Positions 13,536 to 27,494 of a stretch of DNA of 64,000 nucleotides are shown one piece after another. How positions within the stretch are numbered: position 1 is the first letter of the stretch; each line of letters begins with the position of its first letter. Under the pieces are notes generated by a model, which searched no databases, was not told the origin of the DNA, and saw only the letters and a program-made list of their open reading frames with translations. Source of the stretch: Macrostomum lignano (Eukaryota); contig NIVC01000540.1 of NCBI GenBank assembly GCA_002269645.1, forward strand, positions 186,001 to 250,000, read 5' to 3'. Position numbers and translations under genes: made by a program.

Positions 13536-14562
13536 ACAAGCGGACTGGAGGCTGGAGCGCCACCCCTTTTCTGCTTGTTATGCGCACGCGCTGGATTCGG
13601 GTTTTTCTAAAGATGCTAATTTAATGGGTCTGCTTGTAGAAAGCCAAAGGCGATTGTTGCGGCTTTAAAAACTTGAAATGTTTTGTAAAATTAAGTTACA
13701 TTCATTTTATAATATTTTTTTTTAAATGTATCAAGACAAAAAGCTCTAATTTTACTACTGAAAAATAGTAGGTGATAGAATTCTTTGCAAGCGACATACT
13801 TTTTAAAACCTGTCGACAAACGAATTAGTGATTCATTGAGTACGATTTCAAAGCATTTCTCTCTTTTCCCTCAGTCTATATTTGACTCCCCTCTTTTCAG
13901 ATCTGACAGGTAATGCCTCCTTTGACCCTATGCTATCTCGCCATCTCTTCAATTCTCTAGAGCTGAGGTGTAGTCAGTCGGTTTTACGCCCTCGGGGTGC
14001 GAATCCTGTTCTTGATGCCGATGCGAGGATGGTTGGCTAACCTACCCTAAGGGATAAAGCTGAAGGGTCTGCCTGCCTACCTGCATGCATTGCCCGCCGC
14101 CCAGCCGCCCAGTTCCTCTTTCCGGGTACAGGACGCGGCCTTTCAAATGCCGCCCACAAGCGCAGGAATTCCAGCTGGCTGGCTACCAAAGCCAGGGCCC
14201 AATGCGTATTACGCAACACATGCTGAGCCACGCAATCTCTATGCTCTGATCCAGCTATTCATAGCTAATCTATACATGAAATGCACATATTTTACAACTG
14301 GCTTTAACGAAACGAATTGGAAGTGGCAGAGGAGAGACAGTGCTGGACCACCCGCATATCATATTTTCACTCCACTCCGTTGGATTCTATGGATTTCTGT
14401 CAACTAGAAGACGAATACTAGAAATTGAAAATTTGACATTCACCTGTCCAAGGATTCAATTCATGGGGTGACACAGCTAAGGATTGACATCTAATGTCAG
14501 TTGTAGGGACCTAAAGACTAATCTCTATGGATCTATGGAGTAAACTTGGTCTGAATGCCGGA

Positions 14563-15019
14563 TAGTGTGCTGGATAGAGTGCTGGATAGACTGCTGGATG
14601 GAGTGCTAGATAGAGTGCTGGATAGAGTGCTGGATAGAGTGCTGGATTGCTGTATAGAGTGTTCAATAGAGTGATGGATAGAGTGCTGGATAGAGTGCTA
14701 GATGGAGTGCTGGATTGCTGGATAGAGTGTTCAATAGAGTGCTGGATAGAGTGCTGGATTTCTGTATAGAGTGTTGGATAGAGTGCTGGATAGAGTGCTG
14801 AATTGCTGGATAGAGTGCTGGATAGAGTGCTGGATAGAGTGCTGAATTGCTGGATAGAGTGCTGGATAGAGTGCTGTATAGAGTGCTGGATAGAGTGCTG
14901 GATAGAGTGCTGGATAGAGCGCTGTATAGAGTGCTGGATAGAGTGCTGGATAGAGTGCTGTATAGAGTGCTGGATAGTGCTGGATAGAGTGCTGTATAGA
15001 GTGCTGGATAGAGTGCTGG
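14563..15019. repeat. 12-bp minisatellite (GATAGAGTGCTG)
   Basis: Direct reading. Confidence 0.9.
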
Positions 15020-16055
15020 GTGTAGCTTCACATGGAACACGGGGTAGAACCCACGTGTCCTTAATTTGTACTTTAACTGAGGTCAATTCTTCAGCTAGAA
15101 GCACAGCGACCCGGTAGGAACAGGTTAATCCGCGAACAGAACAGGGCGATTAAAAACCGAGGAGCCGGCATGGCGCACAGGCCTATTAATGAAGCGATCT
15201 CATCCAAGCTAATTAGCTGTACCCGCTAGCTAACAACCTGCTGCAGTGCAGCTGCGGATAAAGTAAATGCAGTCCCGCAGAAGCCAGCTCCGACCTTCTA
15301 CTCAAGCAGACTCGAATCTGTGACCCGAACCTGGGCCAATGAGCCAGCAATTCGAGCAGAGGGGGGGGGGGTTAGCGGTGCAAAAAAGACCCCATTAGGG
15401 ATGCGGCATGGAGCAGACGCACGCGCTTCCTACATCTATTAATCGATTCCTGCCGCTCTTTTTTAGCCCCCCTCCCTACGAAAGATTAAAACGAAGATTA
15501 AAAGGCGATGGGTGTGGCTTTGACGGTCTACTCCATGAGCTCTGCTTGACTCACCGGTGTGTTATATCTGTAATACCCCTGCCCTGCGCTTTCACAACTC
15601 TTAGTAACCAATGGGGATATTGGGAATATTTAGTTGCTAGGGCCTTGCCGTCAGCTGACTGTCCCCGATCTCGACCGCGTAGGCAGCGGGTGAATGACAG
15701 TTCGGGGTCGGCTCTGCGTTCAATATTCTCGCGCTCTTTCAATTAAGCGAATTCGCCATTCGACTGTTCAAAGTTGGTCACGGCATCATTCAGTGGCTGG
15801 AGTGGGCGAGCCCGGGACCAGATTAGGTTGGCAGGGAGAAACTCGAACACAACTCGAATAATTGACAGGTCGGGTGGGGATGTGACAGACGGTGGAGAGG
15901 GCGGGTGCTTAATTATAACTACCTGGAACATTGGTTGCCAGCCGGAACATTTGGCACGGCGAGGCACAAAGAGAGAGTGAGATGTGGCTTCAACATCACA
16001 TGTGAGGCTTCAATAGAAAGGGTCTGCTTTGATCAGGAAGGGTTGGGTGAAATTT

Positions 16056-16290
<235 letters not shown>

Positions 16291-16312
16291 CACACAGACA
16301 GTCAGCGATCAC

Positions 16313-16423
16313 CAATGTAATGCCTGGCCAGGATGCAGCGCAGGCAAAACCCAATGTTGACAACCAGCGACACGCCCAGCACGGCCAGAGCACCGATGAC
16401 GTAATCCGGCTTCATGCGGGGCA
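16313..16423 (-). CDS. Ig-domain receptor exon 3 (transmembrane)
   Basis: Acceptor TTCCAG, donor G|GTGATC, phase 1-1, 111 nt; PRMKPDYVIGALAVLGVSLVVNIGFCLRCILARHYI. Confidence 0.75.
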
Positions 16424-17297
16424 CTGGAAGGCGGGGTCGGGAGACGAGTTGCATTCGCCGAGCATAATCTTGCAAAGCAAATATTTGAGCAAGCAGAATT
16501 CGAGTCTTTTTTCCGTCAAAATCTCTCTCCCCTGGCGAAAATCCGCCGCACCACCTTTAGCGAGGCACCCCGCTGAGATTGGTCCGAAAACCTGGCATCC
16601 GACTGAGGGGGGGGGCTGGAAGAAGCAGAAGAAGCCACTGAACAGATTTTTGCTGCCACAAGAGACTGCCAGTCTGCAATTTAATTTTTCAAGGGGATTC
16701 TGAGCCTGCTTTGAGAGAAAGAGAGACCATGAGCGCGTGTCATTCTTTTCGCGAAATCTTGAGCTGGACTCAGAGCCCAGCACCTCTAGTGTTGTGTTTG
16801 AGCTTGTTTTCGTCAATTGAGCCGAGATAAAGAGTAGCAGAGTGAAATGCAGAATGTGGAGGTGCATAGAAACAGCTAAAATAATGGGTCGGCCGTATTG
16901 TTAAACATGAAAGTGAGCAATTTCTATGTGAGCAAGGCAAACTTTAATTATGTCAGCTTTGAAAAATTACAGCTTACTGGCTAGCAATATTCTAGGCAAC
17001 TGTTGTTAAGAAGTGGCTGGGGCAGTATCATGCCTCGCAGGTTAAAAAGATAAAGAGCCCCCCCCCCCAGTCTGGCTGCACCTCGCGCTTATCTAGACTA
17101 CCGATTAACCGTCTTGTGCAATTTTGCGGAAAAGCCATGGCAGACTGACAAATTTTCATTCGTAAACTTTGCCACTTCTTGCACAAGTGCTTCAGTTCTT
17201 GCCTGTCTTCTTTTATAGACAGCGTCACAATTTCTAACGCTCGGCACTTTAATCTGGCGCCATCGCGCTATTTATACAGGCTGGAGCCGTCTTCTCT

Positions 17298-17939
17298 AGC
17301 GCCACTATCCCAAAGCGCCACTATCCCAAAGCGCCACTATCCCAAAGCGCCACTATCCCAAAGCGCCACTATCCCAAAGCGCCACTATCCCAAAGCGCCA
17401 CTATCCCAAAGCGCCACTATCCCAAAGCGCCACTATCCCAAAGCGCCACTATCCCAAAGCGCCACTATCCCAAAGCGCCACTATCCCAAAGCGCCACTAT
17501 CCCAAAGCGCCACTATCCCAAAGCGCCACTATCCCAAAGCGCCACTATCCCAAAGCGCCACTATCCCAAAGCGCCACTATCCCAAAGCGCCACTATCCCA
17601 AAGCGCCACTATCCCAAAGCGCCACTATCCCAAAGCGCCACTATCCCAAAGCGCCACTATCCCAAAGCGCCACTATCCCAAAGCGCCACTATCCCAAAGC
17701 GCCACTATCCCAAAGCGCCACTATCCCAAAGCGCCACTATCCAAAGCGCCATTATCCCAAAGCGCCACTATCCCAACCCAAAGCGCCACTATCCCAAAGC
17801 GCCATTATCCCAAAGCGCAACTATCCCAAAGCGCCACTATCCCAAAGCGCCACTATCCCAAAGCCGCACTATCCCAGAGCGCCATTATCCCAGAGCGCCA
17901 CTATCCCAAAGCGCCATTATCCCAGAGCGCCACTATCCC
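17298..17939. repeat. 16-bp minisatellite (AAAGCGCCACTATCCC)
   Basis: Direct reading. Confidence 0.95.
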
Positions 17940-18532
17940 TCACAGTCCCAGCAGCAAAGACCGCAGACTCACAGTTCCCATCGGTCTCCTTTGTCCCCGG
18001 CTTTCCCGTCTCGCTCTCATCTACTGGCCGATTTCGTTGCCAGTCGGTCTGTCCGAAACGCCTGGACACAGAACGGTTGGTGGCCGAATGCGGCGCCAGA
18101 TCCGAACGATCTTTAGAAGGCAAAACAAAGGTGAAAAGGGAATATGAGTCACGATTTGATCACGTTGGGCCCAAAAAGCTGTAGTTATCTCATAAATTTT
18201 CCATTATTTGCCATCAGTAGAAACTCAGTGCCTGACTCAGCGCCTGTCTGCCTGTCTGCACAAAACTACAACTAAAGCAGTGCAGAGTACAGGATGCGAG
18301 CTGATGCCCCCCAGACTTCTCAATAGCTTGCGCTCCTCCCATTCCTGCCCCGGAGTGCAACTTAAAAATGGCTAGTGGCTTTTTTGCCAGTCATTATTGT
18401 ATAGAAAAGTCTTTCAATAGAGGGCCGGGGTAGCTGGCCAAATAGCTTTATTCGCAAAGTTAGTAATTAATTATAGTCTCATATACCTAGTAGACAGCAC
18501 TTCGCAATTCAAACTTTTTCTAAATCACTAGA

Positions 18533-18907
18533 ATCTTGTCTGTGGCGCTAAAATCTTGTCTGTGGCGCTAAAATCATGTCTGTGGCGCCGAAATTATGTC
18601 TGTGGCGCTGGAATCTTGTCTGTGGCACTAAAATCTTGTCTGTGGCGCTAAAATCATGTTTGTGGCGCCGAAATTATGTCTGTGGCGCTGGAATCTTGTC
18701 TGTGGCACTAAAATCTTGTCTGTGACGCTAAAATCTTGTCTGTGACGCTAAAATCTTGTCTGTGGCGCTAAAATCTTGTCTGTGGCGCTAAAATCTTGTC
18801 TGTGGCACTAAAATCTTGTCTGTGACGCTAAAATCTTGTCTGTGACACTAAAATCTTGTCTGCATCGCTAAAATCTTGTCTGTGGCGCTAAAATCTTGTC
18901 TGCATCG
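18533..18907. repeat. 20-bp minisatellite (TGTCTGTGGCGCTAAAATCT)
   Basis: Direct reading; second block at 19413-19645. Confidence 0.92.
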
Positions 18908-20145
18908 CTAAATAGTAATGTAGTTAATACTACAAGTGGATGCAAAACTACCCAAATTGATTTGCAAAAGCGTACAATATTGCATTATGATTATCATTAG
19001 AATCGCTATATTAAAAAATTCCATATCTAAAAAAGCCGGTTTAGGCTGCGCTTCTTCTATCGGCCTCGTGTGTGGTCTCGAAATTGAAAAAAATATACTG
19101 CTCAACCTGCTTTCTACAGGGCGTCCTTCCCTACTTTATGAGTATAACAGGGCTTCTCAGCTAATTATGTGCAGTCAGGCTGAGCACTTGCCCATGAAGC
19201 TTATGGGTCTCATGCGGGTTAATTCTGAGGTGGGCAAGGTGAATTCTGGTTATCGCAGAGCACACACACAGTGCAGTGCACTGCAGCCGTCTCTGCTTTG
19301 CCATACTGTTTTCTCTCGCCAATACACTCTCGCCCAGAGCTCCATCAAGTTTTGTCTTTCTCTCTCTCTCTCTCTCATTTTCATTCTGAACTGACCCGCC
19401 ACAAACCCGCCATGTCTGTGGCGCTAAAATCTTGTCTGTGGCGCTAAAATCTTGTCTGTGGCACTAAAATCTTGTCTGTGACGCTAAAATCTTGTCTGTG
19501 ACACTAAAATCTTGTCTGCATCGCTAAAATCTTGTCTGTGGCGCTAAAATCTTGTCTGTGGCGCTAAAATCTTGTCTGTGGCGCTAAAATCTTGTCTGCA
19601 TCGCTAAAATCTTGTCTGTGGCGCTAAAATCTTGTCTGCATCGCTAAATAGTAATGTAGTTAATACTACAAGTGGATGCAAAACTACCCAAATTGATTTG
19701 CAAAAGCGTACAATATTGCATTATGATTATCATTAGAATCGCTATATTAAAAAATTCCATATCTAAAAAAGCCGGTTTAGGCTGCGCTTCTTCTATCGGC
19801 CTCGTGTGTGGTCTCGAAATTGAAAAAAATATACTGCTCAACCTGCTTTCTACAGGGCGTCCTTCCCTACTTTATGAGTATAACAGGGCTTCTCAGCTAA
19901 TTATGTGCAGTCAGGCTGAGCACTTGCCCATGAAGCTTATGGGTCTCATGCGGGTTAATTCTGAGGTGGGCAAGGTGAATTCTGGTTATCGCAGAGCACA
20001 CACACAGTGCAGTGCACTGCAGCCGTCTCTGCTTTGCCATACTGTTTTCTCTCGCCAATACACTCTCGCTCAGAGCTCCATCAAGTTTTGTCTTTCTCTC
20101 TCTCTCTCTCTCATTTTCATTCTGAACTGACCCGCCACAAACCCC
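18757..20145. repeat. tandem segmental duplication (minisatellite plus ~500 bp unique), offset 736
   Basis: 18908-19409 recurs at 19644-20145, near-identical. Confidence 0.93.
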
Positions 20146-20397
20146 TCTTGCCCGTGCACTGCAGCGTGGGTGGTAAGTGTGCTGGGTTTAAAATTGAAAA
20201 CGGGAGGTTTCGGCACACTTTTTTTTAGTTAACTAATGGCGAAGCTTATTAATGAGGACGTCATATTCGATCTTCGATGAATAATTGTCTCGATTCTGGT
20301 GTCAATCCATTATATAAACTACTTCAAGACTTCCGTTCCTGCTAACTTCTTCCAGTTAAATTCTAATAGGAAACTATTTAAATTGCAATGTGTTTGT

Positions 20398-20429
20398 CGG
20401 TTAGTCAGTTAGTTAACTAATTAGTTAGG

Positions 20430-20514
<85 letters not shown>
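20398..20514. repeat. (TTAG)n microsatellite
   Basis: Direct reading. Confidence 0.95.
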
Positions 20515-20526
20515 GGCAGCACCTAC

Positions 20527-21072
20527 CCGACTGTCTAGCTGAATCAGAAGCGCTCATCTCCGCTGCTGCATCGGCGCCTCCAACAGCGGAAGCCGCCGCC
20601 GCCGGTGCCGCCGTGTCGATCGCCGGCACAGTCGTCGCCGTCGTAGCCGCGGCGACAGTCCGGAACTGGCCGAAGGCGGCGGTGGCGCTGGCGGCGCCGC
20701 GGAACTTGCAGAACCAGGAGCCCGTCAGCTCGGCCTTCCTGGAGTCAATCAGCAGGCGGACAGTCTTGGCGTTGCCAGACGTGTTCAGCAGCTTCTGGCA
20801 GCGGACGCTGTCGCTACTGAGCAATGGATGCAGCACGCGGCAGGTGCCGTCGCCCAGCATGGTGCAAATTGGGCTGCAGTCGCCGAAACAGGTGACGCCA
20901 CCATTGAGCAGGGGGCAGTGGAATTGGACCCGGTGATCGTCAGGGCTGCCTGGGATGCCGGTGACCTCGCAGCTCAGGCTGATCAGGTGGCCCGTCACGT
21001 TGACTCGCAGCTTGACGCCGATGCCGCCGCTGCCGGCACTGCTGCTTTCGATAAACGCCAGGACCTGCGACA
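20527..21072 (-). CDS. Ig-domain receptor exon 2 (Ig-like domain plus Ala/Thr-rich stalk)
   Basis: Acceptor TTCAG, donor G|GTAGGT, phase 1-1; ISLSCEVTG (B-strand Cys) ... LLIDSRKAELTGSWFC (E/F-strand motif). Confidence 0.8.
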
Positions 21073-21115
21073 CTGAAGGTCAAATAGAGAACCTATGATG
21101 AGGTATGCTGGAGAG

Positions 21116-21478
21116 CCTCACAAACTGGTCACTTCACAAACTGGTCCATTCACAAACTGGTTACTTCACAAACTGCTCAATTCACAAACTGGTTACTTCA
21201 CAAACTGGTTACTTCACAAACTGGTCACTTCACAAACTGGTCACTTCACAAACTGGTCACTTCACAAACTGGTCATTTCACAAACTGGACACTTCACAAA
21301 CTGGTCACTTCACAAACTGGTCACTTCACAAACTGGTCACTTCACAAACTGGTCACTTCACAAACTGGTCACTTCACAAACTGGTCACTTCACAAACTGG
21401 TCACTTCACAAACTGGTCACTTCACAAACTGGTAATTTCACAAACTAGAAAATTCACAAACTGGACGCTTCACAAACT
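21116..21478. repeat. 16-bp minisatellite (TTCACAAACTGGTCAC)
   Basis: Direct reading; same family at 25676-26020. Confidence 0.93.
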
Positions 21479-22064
21479 GACGCAACTTTAATGAGTTTCA
21501 TTTCACCTTGAAAATCACAAATCGGGCATGCAGTACCCTTCTTCGCTATAAAACATTTTAACTCATGTCGTGACCCCATATAATCTCTACCTGACTTGAT
21601 TCGTTTGTTGAAGAAAAAAAGCTAAAAATTGTTGAAACAATTCCAAGACTTTGAGCTCAGTTCCTAAGGACAAGAACCTCCGTGTCATAATAGCCGTGGA
21701 AAGCCAAATTAATTTTTAGAGAACGGCAAGGATCGAGAACAATTCAGAAAGAAGCAGACGATGAGTCAGTCCGGGGGCCAAAGCCGTGAAATGCGCCCCT
21801 CAGCGGGGCTTCCGCCTTTGGGCTTCTCAAGTTCCGCTGATTTGCCCACTGGCGTCTCTGGAGGCATTGTTGTTACATTGCTGCCATGCATAATGCAGTT
21901 CCAGCTGCGATAGAGCGACTGAGGGACCGCCTGGATACTAAACTGATTATTAAGACCCACTCTAGTCACGCGTCCTGCGTGCAAAACTGTAGCATTCTCT
22001 GTTTTGGGCCGCGGCACACTTCCTTGGAGTGGCGCGGCAGGGTCTGTAGGCGATGATCTAATTA

Positions 22065-22550
<486 letters not shown>

Positions 22551-23329
22551 AATTCATTGATTAAAATCTATAAAAAAGAGGCATTTCAAAGAAACATTAC
22601 TCTCACAATCAGTCTATGACTAAACCTCTGTTTTGCTTTCCATAAATCTCACTTAGTTTGTCTGGGGAAAGCGTGCCGTTTTGCCTAGAAAAAATTATTA
22701 GCAATAAACGGCAACTTTTTATGACCAAATTTGCCAGCTGAGTCAGTTTAGCGCAACGGCTTAATCAGCCCAAGCCGTGGCTTAGTGCCCTGCTGTAGTA
22801 TTACTAGCTCTTATTATTATTGTTATGCAGCCCTGTTTTCACTGGATAGCATAGCTGGCCCACGGCAGACCCCAAAGCTTCAACTTAATGTTAGCTGTGC
22901 CAAACAGCTCATTGCATTCGGCCGATTTGAGTAAAAAAACTCTCTCCTTTCTTTCTCCCTCTCCCTCCACTCCCCCTTTCTTCTCCCTCCTCTCTCCCTC
23001 ACCCTCCTCTTTACTTATCCCTCCTCTCTACTCCCCCTCTCTTCCCCCCCACTCCTCTCTCATCTTCCCATCCTCTTCCTCTTACCATCGACTAACCTTC
23101 CCACCCCCTATAGCCCTATCATTTTTATCTCCCGGATCTTTTAAGTCTCTATCTCTCTACTTTTCCTCTCTCTCTATCCCAGTTTTAATCCCATAATATT
23201 ATCTGGAACTCATTCGCCAATTAAATTAATTGATTTTCACTATACTTGATCATCCAGACTGTTATAAGTATCATTAGCTCTTCTACAAGACATCTTAACT
23301 AATAAGAGTGAGTCTTATTGCAATAATTA

Positions 23330-23444
23330 CAGTGGCGCAACCAGGGGGGGGGGGGGGGGGGGAGGCGGTCGCCACCCCTCCGCCCCCCTCCCGGGACTTT
23401 ACCCTCCAGAATCCCCCCTCAAAAAATTTCAGGTTGCGCTACTG
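23330..23444. mobile_element. 115-bp MITE with hAT-like termini
   Basis: TIR CAGTGGCGCAACC / GGTTGCGCTACTG (1 mismatch); ATAATTA directly repeated on both flanks. Confidence 0.8.
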
Positions 23445-23811
23445 ATAATTAACCCACTCTCGTTGCTAAATGATTGCATAACATAAAAAGCTTAAGTATT
23501 AACCCTTCTGAACATAAAATGCAGTGAAACATTCATCGGTTTCATGCTAAAGCAAATAAATTGAAAATTACTTTTTTTCTGTACGGCGCGGCAAAGATCA
23601 AAGGATGAATAGAAGAACTGGTTTCTAGCAGCCATAGGCGGAGAAGATTCGCTACAGACTTTAAATGGCTTTAAATTGTAGGAGAGAAAAATCGCTACAC
23701 AGATTTAATCGCCAAGTTATGCACGAGCACTTCAGCTGATCATAAAAACCCAACATTCACGGTCAGCTAGATCAGAGCTCGCAAAATATTTTAACTCAAG
23801 GCAGCCAGATG

Positions 23812-24425
23812 AGAGAGGACAGAATAGGGAATAGATCAGAGAGAAGAGAGAAAGAGAGAGAAAGGATAGGTGAGATGAGAGAAGAGGGAATAGATCAGAG
23901 AGAAGAGAGAAAGAGAGAGAAAGGATAGGCGAGATGATAGAATAGGGAATAGATCAGAGAGAAGAGAGAAAGAGAGAGAAAGGATAGGTGAGATGATAGA
24001 ATAGGGAATAGATCAGAGAGAAGAGAGAAAGAGAGAGAAAGGATAGGTGAGATGAGAGAAGAGGGAATAGATCAGAGACAAGAGAGAAAGAGAGAGAAAG
24101 GATAGGCGAGATGATAGAATAGGGAATAGATCAGAGAGAAGAGAGAAAGAGAGAGAGAAAGGATAGGTGAGATGATAGAATAGGGAATAGATCAGAGAGA
24201 AGAGAGAAAGAGAGAGAAAGGATAGGTGAGATGATAGAATAGGGAATAGATCAGAGACAAGAGAGAAAGAGAGAGAAAGGATAGGTGAGATGAGAGAAGA
24301 GGGAATAGATCAGAGAGAAGAGAGAAAGAGAGAGAAAGGATAGGTGAGATGATAGAATAGGGAATAGATCAGAGACAAGAGAGAAAGAGAGAGAAAGGAT
24401 AGGTGAGATGAGAGAAGAGGGAAGA
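23812..24425. repeat. 59-bp purine-rich minisatellite
   Basis: ATAGGGAATAGATCAGAGAGAAG...GATAGGTGAGATGATAGA in tandem. Confidence 0.9.
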
Positions 24426-24784
24426 GGGCTGGGTAGAGGGGCTTCGCGGGCCGGAGTTTGTAGTTTCTCAAAGACTCAAAACTTTAGTTTGACAAGGTGA
24501 GTCACACTTGGATCTGGGGGCCTTTGAGAATTTTGCTGGCTATTTGCCTGTTGTGCAGATGTCGCTCGGCCGGAGTCTAGAGAGAACTTGGGCCTGGCTT
24601 CCGCTTGCCGATTGCTTGGGCTGCTGCACAATGCTATAAATAAAAGCAAAGAGTTTACTTGCCGATGAGGGTGACTCACGGGACTGTTTTTAGGGTCACG
24701 CCGCTCTGAATTAAGATTGGGGACTGTTCGAATGAAAAAGTGCCTGTAACCAAGCCATTAGAACATTAGAAAACTAGGACAATA

Positions 24785-24947
24785 AGACACAGACAGACAG
24801 ACAGGCAGGCAGGCAGGCAGACAGACAGACGGAAAGGCAGGCAGGCAAGAAGACAGACAGACAGACAGACAGACCGACAGACAGACAGACAGGCAGGCAG
24901 GCAGGCAGACAGGCAGGCAGACAGACAGACAGACAGACAGACACACA

Positions 24948-24980
<33 letters not shown>

Positions 24981-25023
24981 ACAGACAGGCAGACAGACAG
25001 ACAGACAGATAGGCAGGCAGACA

Positions 25024-25069
<46 letters not shown>

Positions 25070-25082
25070 CAAGTAGACAGAC
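24785..25082. repeat. (GACA)/(GGCA) microsatellite
   Basis: Direct reading. Confidence 0.93.
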
Positions 25083-25675
25083 ATAGGCAGGTGCGAACAG
25101 CAGCCAGCAGAGTGCAGCTGGCTAATTGACACTCAGCCTTGCCCTACAACAGCCGCACTTGTAAAAAGCAAAGCCAACCCCAAGCAGCAGCAGGCAGACA
25201 GGTTGTTAGCTGGAGCACAGGGTCATTAAATCGTGTTTTTCGCCCTGGAGAGAGAGAGAGAGGCAACACCTCACTTGAGCAGCATTCTCTGCACTGCAGC
25301 GCTAATTTGTTGCGCAGCTCGGCCAGGCAGATTAACTATCGGCATTTTATTATCGCCGCATCGGCTACTGCGCTATCGCCAATACCGGGCGGGGGAGATT
25401 GTAAAATTTCAATTGCCGCTGAGGGAAATGAGGCTCGGACCTGCCTATAGCAGCTGGTGGTGGTCAGGCTATTCTTCAGCATTCATAAAATACTAGAATA
25501 ATATTAAAATTTGCTTGTCGGCTACTCTGTACCCAGTTCTCCGACTTGGAAGCTTGTTTTTCTTTAATTGTCGCAAGAAGCAGCAAGGTTGATTTGCAGA
25601 AAGTATCATATTTGTAGCTGCATAAATACATATTGCGACTCAAGAATCTGGTCTCAAACTATTCATCTTATACTA

Positions 25676-26020
25676 GACACTTTACAAACTGGAAAATTCA
25701 CAAACTGGACACTTCACAAACTGGACAATTCACAAACTGGACAATTCACAAACCCGACACTTCACAAACTGGTCACTTCACAAACTGGACACTTCACAAA
25801 CTGGACAATTCACAAACTGGATAATTCACAAACTGGACACTTCACAAACTGGACACTTCACAAACTGGACACTTCAAAAACTGGACAATTCACAAACTGG
25901 ACACTTCACAAACTGGACACTTCACAAACTGGACAATTCACAAACTGGACACTTGACAAACTGGTCACTTCACAAACTGGACACTTAACAAACTGGACAA
26001 TTCACAAACTGGACAATTCT
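25676..26020. repeat. 16-bp minisatellite (TTCACAAACTGGACA(C/A))
   Basis: Direct reading. Confidence 0.92.
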
Positions 26021-26949
26021 CAAAGTTGAACGTTTTTAGAATTAGTTTGCGGAGCGACCTCAATAAGAATTATGGGATAATACGGCCTGCTGAATTCTGG
26101 GAATTGGCGGACAAGCGATGGGAAATATATAAGAAGCCGCTGCATGCTGCAGTGACTCACTGCGCTTTGTGCGCTCCAAATATTGGAGTCCCAGAGGAGA
26201 AAGTTGAGGAAACCCTTGGCTAGCCAAAGGCCCCCACCTGACTGCGCGGGTGAAGCTGGATTCTTCTCCATCACAAAAACTCTCCGCCCTCCTCGCAGCC
26301 GCCCATCGTCACTTGGGCAGGTTAGGCTCAGGGATAAGGGAAACTGGGCGGACTCAAGTCAAGTCGCAGTCAAACCTGCCATTGTCGGCAACCCTCCTGC
26401 CCTCATTGTTGATAATTAATTAGCCTAGCGGGAAAGGGAAATTCTAGGAAATATTTTGGCTCTGAGAAATCCTCATACTGCAGTCTTCCTCCACTCCAAA
26501 TATTCCCAATATTTCTATGCCAGCCACGGAGTGGCTGCTGGGGTGGGGGGTTGTTCAACCAGTCAGACCCGATTGCGTAACCACTATTTTTTACATAGCT
26601 AAGCCTCCAGAGCCTTCCCATACTCCACTGCCACTTACCCTACAATTTTTTTCACCATCAGCAAGACAACCACTCTTACTATTACCTGCCTACGGTTCCG
26701 GCATCTGTTGCTCTCACGCATGCCTGCCTCTTGTATGGTCTTTGTCCGCTTTGACAGGGCCATAGGGTGGCGGCGGCATGAGAAAGGCGAGCTTGATTTA
26801 CTGTGCCGGATGGGGCGTAGGGGGCTGGCACTCACACATGGAATACGGTGAAGGGCTGTGCTGTCCGGTGACTAATAGATAATGAAGTCCTAAAGCTTCC
26901 AACTATTGTTTCTGGAATCTTGGCGCGCCGCAAGTAAAATAAACCTATA

Positions 26950-27352
26950 GGCGCCACAAACAAACTTAGGCGCCACAAGCACAATGAACCTAGGCGCCAC
27001 ATGCACAACTTGAAGCGCCACAAGCAGAAACCCTTGCACTACAAGCAGAAACCTTGCTGGCGCCACCAGCATAATAAACCTTAGCGCCACATGCACAACT
27101 CGAAGCACCACAAGCATAATAAACCTTGGCGCCACATGCACAACTTAAAGCGCCACAAGCATAATAAACCTTGGCGCCACATGCACAACTTAAAGCACCA
27201 CAAGCATAATAAACCTTGGCGCCACATGCACAACTTAAAGCGCCACAAGCATAATAAACCTTGGCGCCACATGCACAATTTGAAGCGCGCCACAAGCATA
27301 AACCTAGGCGCCACATGCACAATTTGAAGCGCGCCACAAGCATAAACCTAGG
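26950..27352. repeat. ~45-bp minisatellite (AAACCTTGGCGCCACATGCACAACTTAAAGCGCCACAAGCATAAT)
   Basis: Direct reading. Confidence 0.88.
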
Positions 27353-27418
27353 CAGCTCCAAAAACAGCTCAGCAGAATGATTAACGTGACAGGTATGGAC
27401 CAGTAATCGCACACTTAC

Positions 27419-27494
27419 AGTCCAAAAGAAGGCCGAACAGCAGGAGCAGCAACCGAACAAGCAGCCGAGGCAATGTTCTCTTTAACTTCGGCAT
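27419..27494 (-). CDS. Ig-domain receptor exon 1 (signal peptide)
   Basis: MPKLKRTLPRLLVRLLLLLFGLLLD + T|GTAAGT (phase 1); joins exon 2 to give ...LLLDLSQVLA-FIES. Confidence 0.72.

Noticed and set aside
13965-14015. tRNA/SINE-like A and B boxes (TGTAGTCAGTCGG, GGTGCGAATCC)
   Set aside because: No cloverleaf, boundaries or TSD; too degenerate to call
16412-16867. 151-aa ORF starting with a signal-peptide-like stretch
   Set aside because: Lies in the Ig-gene intron and overlaps the real exon acceptor in another frame; no family motif
18936-20130. Duplicated 152-aa plus-strand ORFs
   Set aside because: AT-rich, no motif, antisense within an intron; identity comes from the recent duplication
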